A stretch of 64,000 bases of DNA from Vicinamibacteria bacterium (GTDB taxonomy: Bacteria; Acidobacteriota; Vicinamibacteria; Marinacidobacterales; Marinacidobacteraceae): positions 2,976,001 to 3,040,000 of the forward strand of contig CAXXLQ010000004.1 of NCBI GenBank assembly GCA_963668695.2, given 5' to 3'. The notes beneath the pieces are model-generated. The model saw nothing but the letters and a program-made list of their open reading frames with translations, searched no databases and was not told where the DNA came from. The translations under genes and the position numbers were made by a program. This document shows positions 21,001 through 28,941 of the stretch, one piece after another. The first letter of the stretch is position 1. The number at the start of each line of letters is the position of its first letter.

Positions 21001-21479
21001 CGATGCGGAACCGCCTCGCGGACCGGGGGGAACAGTCAGAATCCGCACCGGGCTCCGAGGAAGCGGGAGCCGCCGAAGGGCAGGGCGGGACCGTGGGGGG
21101 TACGGGGGGCGGCGCCGAGGGCCGGGAGGCCCGCCAGCTCCAGCGCGAGCTCGAACGCCGCGCGCAGGACGCGGAAGCTCTGCGCCGGGAGTTGACCGGT
21201 ATCGGGCCGAGCGGCAACGGCGGGGCCGAACGTCTCGGGCAGGTGGTTGCGGCGCTCCGCGGCCTGAACCCCGAACGGTTGACGGGAGATCCCCGAGGGA
21301 TGGAAATCCTGGAGGCCGAAGTGCTGGACACTCTCCGTCAGCTTGAGTTCGAACTGCGCCGCGCCCTTGCGGGAGGTTCGGGAGCGGATGTCCTTACCGG
21401 CTCGAGCGACCGCGCACCCGAGGGGTACCGCGAGATGGTCGAGGAGTACTTCCGGGCTCTCAGCCGCCAACCGGAATAA
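18066..21479 (+). CDS. Large membrane-anchored coiled-coil protein (DUF4175-like)
   Basis: N-terminal TM helices, Ig-like middle (YRYPDHTG, AEDDY, PGDLVSYYAVARD), long coiled coil, C-terminal PEGYREMVEEYFRALS. ATG at 18066 chosen. Confidence 0.8.
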   Translation: MTPLGLHSSPQSSYEDLLRVIRRVRTRWRTRRLILGVTMVGVAAVLVVGVSSAAMDALRYAPWVVRGLQAAAWLAFGVAVWRFLVRPLRFRVTDQQVALYVEEHDPTLREAVISGVELGQRSPAAGADGDGISTDLTRLVVEEAIRRLETLKEGRLVEASGLRRAAGALATVGGVAIVASLLAPSALLRGAALLLTPWADITDANPYRINVEPGDAAVARDSDRWIEARLEGFTAARADLRTRVAGTAVWESIPMVPDPEDGAFRHLLLGIPDATDYYVDADGVLSPTFRIEVEDVPYVAQIGLTYRYPDHTGLSPREVEDGGDIAAVAGTVVELEVIPTVPAAAGVLRLEPGPVEIALEAGTPEESPSGAGSEVLTATLTLAETGSYRVALAGPDKNLRTASRDYLIEVLEDMPPIVRFVRPGRDSQANPVEEVFVEVLAEDDYAVRRLEMRVSVNGGEETREVLAAGGTREEIQSGHTLFLEEHDLVPGDLVSYYAVARDGAGAEASTDMFFIAVKPFDRTFRQGDAMPGGGGGAGDGLDGTLSMRQKQVVVATFKVLRDREGMPASAVTETVATIGLAQGRLREQVETLTRRLRNRGIGASPEFAEIVDHLDAGLVEMTVAEELLVSGEPEDALPREQKALTHLQRADAVFRDVQIAFGQGGGGGGGGAPPVQAEDLANLFELEMDKLRNQYETVEQQQRSSADNEVDEVLQRLAELARRQEQENERIRRGVRPSGGGAGSAQNQLAAETEDVARRLERLARERSRPDLAAVSRRLRDAAQDMRSASGGNSGEGLESALSAANALRGARRDLDGQRRARLGRDVDAALDETRRLRTAQDRIRSAVQDLEGERSREAIANVSGQKQELAERVQRLEQRLDEVSRDWSRDEPEASRAVGDAADGIRDRKLKEKIHYSRGVAAQRSPEYADQYESMIAGDLEALEQDLSAAREAVEGSDRAGRDDVLDRAASLVRGLEAMRNRLADRGEQSESAPGSEEAGAAEGQGGTVGGTGGGAEGREARQLQRELERRAQDAEALRRELTGIGPSGNGGAERLGQVVAALRGLNPERLTGDPRGMEILEAEVLDTLRQLEFELRRALAGGSGADVLTGSSDRAPEGYREMVEEYFRALSRQPE

Positions 21480-21481
21480 CA

Positions 21482-21611
21482 GGGAACGCCGGCGTTCACA
21501 CCGGCACCGCTACGCGACAGCGCAGCGAGACCGCGTATCGCTGAGGGGGTAGAAGCGCGGGGACGGCTTGGAACGCCGACCTCCAGGTCGGCCCCGCCCC
21601 GCGGGGCGGGG
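21482..21611. repeat. REP-like palindromes and a GC hairpin between convergent genes
   Basis: GGGAACGCCGGCGTTCACACCGGCA (21482-21506), GGAACGCCGACCTCCAGGTCGGC (21570-21592) and CCCCGCCCCGCGGGGCGGGG. Confidence 0.55.
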
Positions 21612-21644
21612 CGAGACGCAGACTGCCGTTCCCGTTTGGCGGTG

Positions 21645-23102
21645 CTACCGCCGTGACGTCGGAAACACCACGACGCTCTCGTTTCCGTCGGCGCCGACCG
21701 TAGCTACTCCGAACAGGTAGTTGTCAATGACGAGGTTCTCGAACGTGAACTCCGTCACGTCCCCCACGAACCTCGCATCCGTCCATTGGGGCGCGGTGGT
21801 ATCTCGCCAATAGACGCGGTAACCCGCAAGATTCTCCGACGGCGCCGGATCCCACGACAGGACGGCGGACGCCCGGACCGCCCCGGCAATGCCGACGTTC
21901 GCCGGCGGCGCCGGGGCCCAGGCGAGCCCGGCAAGGGTGATCACGTTGACTCCGGTCAGCTTCGCGGCGTAGTCGAAGTTCACTCCTTCGATCACATCCC
22001 CGTACTCGATTCCGTCCTCGACCCGGATGTCCTGATGTTGGCGCCGGTAGTTCTCGTGCGTTTCCATGATGCGGACGCCGGGGAAGCCGGCGTCGTTGAA
22101 AGGACGATGGTGGCCGCCGCGTCCGAAGCGATCGAGCCGGTAGATCATCTTCGCCTCGAGATTCGGGATGTAGAGGTCGGTCATCCGGGCGACGTAGCGC
22201 GCGAGCTGCCGGGAAACCCCGTCGACCTCGCCCCCGGTGACGCGCCTCCGCCGCCGGGACTCGTCGCTCTCGGTAACCGGGGTCGGCTCCGAAAACACCC
22301 GGAAAACATCGTTGCGGATCACTCCGTCCACCCCCTCGATGTTCCCGATCATGTCGTTGTTCAGGACGGCTTCGATGTTCCAGCGCTGCTCCCGGGCGAC
22401 GCTGGCCATATACCGGCCGCCATAGAGCCCCTGCTCCTCTCCGGAGAGACCGGTCAGGATGATGGTGGCGGCAAAAGAGCCGGCGTGTTGGCTCAGCACC
22501 CGGGCGGCCTCGATCACGCCGGCCATCCCGCTCGCGTTGTCGTTGGCCCCGGGAGAATCGTCCGTGAAGTTGTTCGAGTCCGAGATGCGGCTGTCGATGT
22601 CGCCGGACATGATCACGTAGCGGTTCGGTTCGGTCGCTCCCCGAAGGGTCGCCAGCACGTTCACGACTTCGGTGTCCACCGGAATACGTGATCCCTCTTC
22701 TCCAGGGATCACGGTGCTCTGGTAGGAGACCTCAATGCAACCCCCGCACGCATCGGAGATCTGGGTGAGTTCCGCGTGAATCCAGCGCCGCGCGGCGCCG
22801 ATACCGCGGATCTCGCTCTCGGTATCGGAAAGTGTGTGCCGGGTTCCGAACCCCACCAGCGTGCGGATGTCGGCTTCGATCCGGTCCGCGGAAACGGCCT
22901 CGATGAGGTCGTACATCCGGGGATCCCGGGCGGGGGGTTCACCGGACTGGGCGAGGCCAGCCGCCGGCAGGGCCAAGCCAGCCGCCGGCAGGGCCAAGCC
23001 AGCCGCCGGCAGGGCCAAGCCAGCCGCCGGCAGGGCCAAGCCAGCCGCCGGCAGGGCCAGGGACAGCAGAAGGGGAAGGAACGGAAGAACGCGCAGTGAC
23101 AT
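21645..23102 (-). CDS. M28 family aminopeptidase with C-terminal fibronectin type III domain
   Basis: FGTRHTLS, PGANDNASG, GEEQGLYG, NNDMIG, DRFGRGGHH; ATG at 23102 after GGAGG. Confidence 0.9.
   Translation of the reverse strand: MSLRVLPFLPLLLSLALPAAGLALPAAGLALPAAGLALPAAGLALPAAGLAQSGEPPARDPRMYDLIEAVSADRIEADIRTLVGFGTRHTLSDTESEIRGIGAARRWIHAELTQISDACGGCIEVSYQSTVIPGEEGSRIPVDTEVVNVLATLRGATEPNRYVIMSGDIDSRISDSNNFTDDSPGANDNASGMAGVIEAARVLSQHAGSFAATIILTGLSGEEQGLYGGRYMASVAREQRWNIEAVLNNDMIGNIEGVDGVIRNDVFRVFSEPTPVTESDESRRRRRVTGGEVDGVSRQLARYVARMTDLYIPNLEAKMIYRLDRFGRGGHHRPFNDAGFPGVRIMETHENYRRQHQDIRVEDGIEYGDVIEGVNFDYAAKLTGVNVITLAGLAWAPAPPANVGIAGAVRASAVLSWDPAPSENLAGYRVYWRDTTAPQWTDARFVGDVTEFTFENLVIDNYLFGVATVGADGNESVVVFPTSRR
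22956..23060. repeat. 21-bp tandem repeat x5 in signal peptide coding region
   Basis: Unit GCCAGCCGCCGGCAGGGCCAA, encoding LALPAAG x5 on the minus strand. Confidence 0.95.
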
Positions 23103-23163
23103 GCGTCTGGTTGTATCACCTCCGGGGCTTCCGCCGTGCGTGCGAGGGGAGCCCTTCCCGCCG

Positions 23164-23676
23164 TCAGCCGGACGAGGTGTGGTCGTGCGAGATCTTCCAG
23201 CCGTCCCGAGTGCGCTCGAAAAGGAGAGTGAACAGGCCGGTGGGGGCGTCGTTTTCCCGAGCGAGGTTGTAGCGCCCGAACACGAACACATACTCGTCGG
23301 AGAGAATCCGAACGTCGAGGTCGGTAAAGGTCAGCACTCCCATGGCCGCCCGGTCTGGATAGGTCCGGCGGTAGCGGTCGAGCACATCCTCCGTGCCGTA
23401 GCGGACGCTTCCGCCCGAAACGAACCGCATGCTCGGAGAGTCCAGATAGTCGGCAACGAAGGTGACGAGGTCGCCCTCGTTCCAGGCAGCCGACTGCTGT
23501 TCCATGAGCGCGCGGATGTCCGCTTCGATGGCGGCCGCCGCCTCGGGGGTGACCACGTGACGCTCCTCGGGAGCGGCGTCGCCGGAACCCCCGCTGGAGC
23601 CCGGCGGGGCGGCACAGGCCCCGGCGAGGAGGATCGAGAGTCCAAGGGAGATCACATGGTTCCGCATCTTGAGCAT
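23164..23676 (-). CDS. NTF2-like (YybH/DUF4440) lipoprotein
   Basis: Lipobox LAGAC; QQSAAWNEGDL..F, RYRRTYPDRAAMGVLTF, GLFTLLF, WKISHDHTS. Confidence 0.85.
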   Translation of the reverse strand: MLKMRNHVISLGLSILLAGACAAPPGSSGGSGDAAPEERHVVTPEAAAAIEADIRALMEQQSAAWNEGDLVTFVADYLDSPSMRFVSGGSVRYGTEDVLDRYRRTYPDRAAMGVLTFTDLDVRILSDEYVFVFGRYNLARENDAPTGLFTLLFERTRDGWKISHDHTSSG

Positions 23677-23712
23677 GGTAGCGACCGGGGCGCGCGCTAC
23701 GATGGACCTGAG

Positions 23713-23882
23713 CAGCCTGCAATCAAGACCGCACGGTGTTCGAACGGTGATGCATCCCGGCTGAGTCGCTTCGCTCTGCGTTGCGATCCGGTCGGAATAC
23801 AGCGGGTATTCCACCCAAATCGCGCCTTGTCAGCCGGGCGCCTGACCGTTCTCGGCGCTCGCGCCGTCGTATCCACCGGCTG
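23713..23882 (+). mobile_element. Diverged MITE family A copy (170 bp)
   Basis: CAGCCTGC...GATGCATCCCGGCTGA...CGCGCCTTGTCAGCCGGGCGCCT...ATCCACCGGCTG followed by CTAG. Confidence 0.75.
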
Positions 23883-23903
23883 CTAGCCAGGAGGCGAGAG
23901 CGA

Positions 23904-24995
23904 ATGGCGTTTTATGACAATCCCGGGGGCAACGGGCCCTGGTCGGGACTCGGCGGGGGAGGCCCCGGCATGCCCGATCTGGAGGGCTTCTTGAAGCGTT
24001 TCGGCGGAGGCGCCCGACGAACGGCCCTGCGGGTCGCGATCGGGGTCGTGGTGGTGATCCTGTTTTTCACCTCGGTCTACCAGATCCAACCGGACGAAGC
24101 GGGGATCGTCACCCGGTTCGGCCGCTACACGCGGGTGACCGATCCGGGGCTGCACTTCGTCGTGCCCTTCCTCGAGTCGGTGACCAAGGTCCCGGTAGAG
24201 CGCCAACTCAAGGAGGAGTTCGGGTTCCGGACGGTCGAGGCGGGAACTCGGACCACCTACGACGACCGGCTGTTTCTCGATGAGTCCCTCATGCTCACCG
24301 GCGACCTGAACGTCGCGGTCGTCGAGTGGATCGTCCAGTTCAAGGTTCAGGATCCCCGGGCGTACCTGTTCAATGTCCGTGAGATCCGCTCGACATTCCG
24401 CGACATGAGCGAAGCCGCGATGCGGGATTCGGTCGGGGATCACAGCGTGGATGAGGTTCTGACCGTAGGCCGGGAACAGATCGCCGCCCGGGCGAAGGAT
24501 CTCCTTCAGGAGATGAACAATCACTACGAAACCGGCATCAGCGTCCAGCAACTCGTCCTCCAGGACGTGAACCCGCCGGATTCGGTGAAGCCGTCATTCA
24601 ACGAGGTGAACGAGGCGATTCAGGAGAAGGAGCGGCTTACCAACGAAGCGCTTGCCGACTACAACCAGGCGATCCCTCGGGCTCGCGGTGACGCCGAGCG
24701 GGTCATCCAGGAGGCCGAGGGCTACGCGGCGGAGCGGGTGAACCGGGCTCGGGGCGAGGCGGCCCGCTTTGAGGCCATCTATGCCGAGTACCGGAACGCG
24801 CCGCGGGTGACCAGAGTCAGGATGTATCTGGAGACCCTGTCCGAAGTCATGCCGAAACTCGGGCAAAAGGTGATCCTCGGTGAGAGCGGCGCGAACATCC
24901 TGCCGCTCCTCAACCTGAACGGCGCGCGGCGGCTACCACCCGATCCGGGTGGACCGGGCTCGGGCCAGCAGCCCGAACGGGAGGAATCACGATGA
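23904..24995 (+). CDS. hflK: FtsH protease modulator HflK
   Basis: SPFH domain, MLTGDLNV, LQDVNPP..V..SFNEV, PRARGDA, TRVRMYLET; AGGAGG RBS upstream of ATG 23904. Confidence 0.93.
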   Translation: MAFYDNPGGNGPWSGLGGGGPGMPDLEGFLKRFGGGARRTALRVAIGVVVVILFFTSVYQIQPDEAGIVTRFGRYTRVTDPGLHFVVPFLESVTKVPVERQLKEEFGFRTVEAGTRTTYDDRLFLDESLMLTGDLNVAVVEWIVQFKVQDPRAYLFNVREIRSTFRDMSEAAMRDSVGDHSVDEVLTVGREQIAARAKDLLQEMNNHYETGISVQQLVLQDVNPPDSVKPSFNEVNEAIQEKERLTNEALADYNQAIPRARGDAERVIQEAEGYAAERVNRARGEAARFEAIYAEYRNAPRVTRVRMYLETLSEVMPKLGQKVILGESGANILPLLNLNGARRLPPDPGGPGSGQQPEREESR

Positions 24996-25921
24996 AACGC
25001 ACGCTGCCGATCCTGGGGACTCTGGTGGGACTTATGCTCCTTTCCTCATCGACCTACACCATCCGTGAAACGGAACAGGCGATCATTACCCTGTTCGGCG
25101 ATCCGGTGGGCGATGCGATTGTGGAACCGGGCCTCCACTTCAAGCTCCCCTTCATTCATCGCGTAACCCGTTTCGACCAGCGCTGGCTGCCTTGGGACGG
25201 GGACGCCAACCAGATCACGACCCGCGACAAGAAGTTCATCTGGGTGGATACCTACGCACGCTGGCGGATCGCCGATCCGCTGCTGTTCTTCCAGTCGGTT
25301 CGCGACGAGCGCGGCGCCCAGAGCCGCCTCGACGACATCATCGACGGCGAAACCCGAAACGCGGTGGCGAGCTACGACCTGATCGAGATCGTGCGGATCA
25401 CGAACCGGAACTTTGAGATGACCGAGGACCTCATTTCCTTCGCCAACGAGGACGCCGTGCGGGAGATCGAGCTCGGGAGGAACGGGATCACCCGCAGCAT
25501 CCTGGAGAAGGCCTCGGAAGTCACCCCGAGCTTCGGCATCGAACTCGTGGATGTCCGCATCAAGCGGGTGAACTACGTGGAGGAAGTCCGGGCCAAGGTG
25601 TATGAGCGGATGATCTCGGAGCGCCAGCGGATCGCCGAACGCAGCCGTTCGGAGGGTCAGGGACGCGCCGCCGAGGTTCGCGGCCAGCGGGAGCGCGAAC
25701 TCAAGACCATCCAGTCGGAGGCTTTCCGCCAGGCTGAGGAGATTCGCGGCCGGGCCGATGCCGCGGCTTCCGCCATCTACGCGGGCGCCTACCAGCGCGA
25801 TGCCGACTTCTACCGGTTCATGAAATCCCTCGAGACCTATCGCACCGCCCTCGACGAAGGAGTCACCCTCGTCATCGGGAGCGACAGCGAATTCCTCGAT
25901 TTCCTCAGCCGGTCCCGCTGA
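24992..25921 (+). CDS. hflC: FtsH protease modulator HflC
   Basis: PGLHFKLPF, VDTYARWRIADP, VDVRIKR, VYERMISER, FYRFMKSLETY; ATGA overlap with hflK. Confidence 0.93.
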   Translation: MKRTLPILGTLVGLMLLSSSTYTIRETEQAIITLFGDPVGDAIVEPGLHFKLPFIHRVTRFDQRWLPWDGDANQITTRDKKFIWVDTYARWRIADPLLFFQSVRDERGAQSRLDDIIDGETRNAVASYDLIEIVRITNRNFEMTEDLISFANEDAVREIELGRNGITRSILEKASEVTPSFGIELVDVRIKRVNYVEEVRAKVYERMISERQRIAERSRSEGQGRAAEVRGQRERELKTIQSEAFRQAEEIRGRADAAASAIYAGAYQRDADFYRFMKSLETYRTALDEGVTLVIGSDSEFLDFLSRSR

Positions 25922-26137
25922 GGTCAGGCGGGCCCGCCGCGCGTTCCGAGACCTCCTGGGAACGCGCGGTCGGGGGCGAGCCATGTCCTCGACTCTCTGA
26001 CGCTCAGAAATCCGTTTCCGGCCGGCTCGTGCTTCGCCGGGCGGGATCGGGGGCCTCATCTCTTTCGCGTTGCTGCGCCCCGGTAGTTCCGGCATGATTC
26101 GGAGGCGCGGATTTCTTTCCCCCAAAGGTTGAGCCCC

Positions 26138-28723
26138 ATGTCCAAGACGACGCCGTTCCCATCCCGCCTCCGCTTCTGGCCGGGTGTTTTGCTGCTTGCC
26201 GCCGCGCTACTGAGCGCGCCGGCCTTCTCCCAGGATGGAACGCCCACCATCGAGGACAAGACCTCCGGGATGACTGCCATTTCCGGCTTCGTCCCGATCT
26301 ACTGGGATGACGCCACCGGCAAGCTGTATGCCGAGTTCGCCGAGATGGACGAAGAGTTCCTGTATTCGGTTTCGGCGGCTTCCGGCCTCGGCAGCAACCC
26401 GATCGGGCTGGACCGGGGGCAGATCAGCCGGCGCGCCGTGCTGAAGCCGATACGCGTTGGGCCGCGCATCCTGCTCATGGAGCCGAACTACCGCTATCGG
26501 GCCGTCAGCGACAACCCCGACGAGGTTCGCGCGGTGCAGGACGCCTTCGCCCCCTCGGTGCACTGGGGGTTCCAGGTGGCTGCCGAGACCGGGGAGCGTG
26601 TCCTGGTGGACATGACGGATTTCCTACTGCGCGATGCCCACGGTTCCGCGGCGCGGATCCAGCGCGCCGGGCAGGGGACCTACCGGCTGGATCGGGACCG
26701 CAGCGTTTTCCACCTGCCGAACACCAAGGGTTTCCCCGACAACACCGAACTGGAGACCATGCTGACCTTCACCACCGATCAACCCGGCCGCCTGGTCTCC
26801 GGCGTCGCCGCCAGCGGGGACGCGGTGACTCTCCGGCACCACCATTCGCTGGCCCGGCTGCCGGGACCCGGCTTCGAGATCCGGGTGGCGGACCCGCGCA
26901 TCGGGGTGAACGGCCCGACCTACATGGACTACGCGACTCCCATTGACCAGCGGATGACCGTCCGGCTCGCGGCCCGCCACCGCCTGGAGAAGCGGGATCC
27001 CTCGGCCGAACGGTCGGAACCGGTGGAACCGATCGTCTACTACCTCGACCGGGGAGCTCCGGAGCCGGTCCGCACCGCGCTGCTCGAAGGCGCGCGGTGG
27101 TGGAACGAGGCGTACGAGGCGGCAGGATTCATCAATGCGTTCCAGGTCGAGCTGCTGCCGGAGGGTGCGGACGCCCAGGACATCCGCTACAACATGATCC
27201 ACTGGACCCATCGCCGCACGCGCGGCTGGTCCTACGGCGGGGGTGTCCAGGATCCCCGTACCGGAGAAATCATCAAGGGCAACGTGAACCTGGGCAGCCT
27301 GCGGCTCCGCCAGGATCACCTGCATGGCATCGGTCTGGTGGCGCCCTATACCGGGGCGTCCGGGATGGCTCCCAGCGGCCTGCTCGACATGGGCCTGCCG
27401 CCGGATCCCGACGGGCCGCACTCCTGCGGTCTCTCGGCGGTGCCCGGCTTCTCCTATCTGGCGCAAGTGGGTGAGGGAGCCTCACCGGTGGACCTCGCCC
27501 TCGCGCGCGTGGCGCAGCTCTCCGCCCACGAGGTCGGCCACACCCTCGGTTTCCCGCACAACTACATGGCTTCGACCTATGGCGGCCGAGCGAGCGTCAT
27601 GGACTACCCGGCGCCGCTCGCCGTCCTCGAGGACGGCGTGGTCAAGCTGGATGACGCCTACGGGGTAGGGGTCGGTTCCTACGACATCCTCTCGGTCCGC
27701 TGGGCCTACGGCCACTTTCCCCCGGATGAGACCGCCGCCGCGCTCGACGCCATCATGCAGGAAGGGCTGATGTCGGAAACCCGCTTCATGGCCCACACCG
27801 ACAACTACATCGGCGCCGGCGCCCACCCGCTCGCCTCAGTGTGGGACAACGGCGGAGATCTCGTCCGGCATCTCGCGCGCGAGATCGACATTCGGCGGGC
27901 GGGTCTCGACGCCTTCGGAGAAAACGTCATCCGGCCCGGCGAACCCATGTCGCTGCTGGAGCCGGTACTGGTGCCGCTCTATCTGCACCACCGCTTCCAG
28001 ATGAAGGCGGCGATGAACACCATCGGCGGCCAAGAGTACTACTACGCGGTCCGCGGCGACGGACAGCGCCCGGTGGCGCCCATTCCGGGCGACCGCCAGC
28101 GGGAGGCGCTGGAAATCGTCCTCCGTACTCTCGACACAGACTTCCTGGCGCTGCCGGAACGGATCGTGGAGCTCATCCCGCCGCCGGCTTACCGCGAAGC
28201 AGGGGGCGAGAATTTCGGCGGAAACACCGGCCTCGTCTTTGACCCGCTCGCCGCGGCGGATACCTCGGCGGACTACACCGTGGAACTCCTGCTCCATCCG
28301 GAACGCATGGCCCGCCTCGTGAACAACCATGCCCTGGACCCCGAACAGCCCGGACTCGAGGAAGTTCTCGACCGGTTGGTCGACAAGACCTGGGGCGCCG
28401 GCGAGCCGGGGGACGGCTACCGGCGGGCGGTGCAAGACGCCGCCGAGCGGAGCGTGCTGAACGGGATGATGCGGGAGGCGATGAACCCCGACAACCCGGC
28501 GAGGGTGCGTGCGGTCCTCGAAGATCGCCTGATGGCGCTCGGCGGGACGCTCGCCGGCATGGATGACGGGACTCCCCACGAGGCGCTCGCGATGGCCGAC
28601 ATTCGTCGCTTCGCCGACCGCGACGAGAGCCTGGATCCGAACGCCAGCCGCCCGGCGCTGCCGCCGGGTTCGCCCATCGGGGGCGCGAACGCGTCCGGAA
28701 CACGCCGTATCCCGGGGCGCTGA
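26138..28723 (+). CDS. Secreted zinc-dependent metalloprotease (DUF5117/DUF4953, EcxA-like)
   Basis: Signal peptide, PIVYYLD, WWNEAYEAAG, DPRTGEIIKG, HEVGHTLGFPH metzincin motif, ASVMDY Met-turn. Confidence 0.9.
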   Translation: MSKTTPFPSRLRFWPGVLLLAAALLSAPAFSQDGTPTIEDKTSGMTAISGFVPIYWDDATGKLYAEFAEMDEEFLYSVSAASGLGSNPIGLDRGQISRRAVLKPIRVGPRILLMEPNYRYRAVSDNPDEVRAVQDAFAPSVHWGFQVAAETGERVLVDMTDFLLRDAHGSAARIQRAGQGTYRLDRDRSVFHLPNTKGFPDNTELETMLTFTTDQPGRLVSGVAASGDAVTLRHHHSLARLPGPGFEIRVADPRIGVNGPTYMDYATPIDQRMTVRLAARHRLEKRDPSAERSEPVEPIVYYLDRGAPEPVRTALLEGARWWNEAYEAAGFINAFQVELLPEGADAQDIRYNMIHWTHRRTRGWSYGGGVQDPRTGEIIKGNVNLGSLRLRQDHLHGIGLVAPYTGASGMAPSGLLDMGLPPDPDGPHSCGLSAVPGFSYLAQVGEGASPVDLALARVAQLSAHEVGHTLGFPHNYMASTYGGRASVMDYPAPLAVLEDGVVKLDDAYGVGVGSYDILSVRWAYGHFPPDETAAALDAIMQEGLMSETRFMAHTDNYIGAGAHPLASVWDNGGDLVRHLAREIDIRRAGLDAFGENVIRPGEPMSLLEPVLVPLYLHHRFQMKAAMNTIGGQEYYYAVRGDGQRPVAPIPGDRQREALEIVLRTLDTDFLALPERIVELIPPPAYREAGGENFGGNTGLVFDPLAAADTSADYTVELLLHPERMARLVNNHALDPEQPGLEEVLDRLVDKTWGAGEPGDGYRRAVQDAAERSVLNGMMREAMNPDNPARVRAVLEDRLMALGGTLAGMDDGTPHEALAMADIRRFADRDESLDPNASRPALPPGSPIGGANASGTRRIPGR

Positions 28724-28762
28724 TCCGCCAGGGCGGCGGGGCCGGTGCTCCGCCGCCCCTAG

Positions 28763-28941
28763 CAGCCTGTGGACAAAGTCACGCCGCGTTCGACCGGCGA
28801 TCCATCCCGGCTGAACCGCGCCGCGATGCGTCGCTCATCGTTGCGCTTCGGTCGAAATACACTCGGTATTCCTCCCTCGCGCGCCTTGTCAGCCGGGCGC
28901 CTCACCGGTCTCTGCACTGACGTCACTTTATCCACAGGCTG
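28763..28941 (+). mobile_element. MITE family A copy, 179 bp, no module
   Basis: CAGCCTGTGGACAAAGTCACG...CGTCACTTTATCCACAGGCTG with a CTAG direct repeat on both sides. Confidence 0.88.

Noticed and set aside
23781-23903. Extended N-terminus of HflK (and the upstream extensions at 6499, 17916, 39378, 49957, 55558, 58737)
   Set aside because: Better starts with an RBS or stop-overlap lie downstream; the extensions run through MITEs or neighbouring genes.
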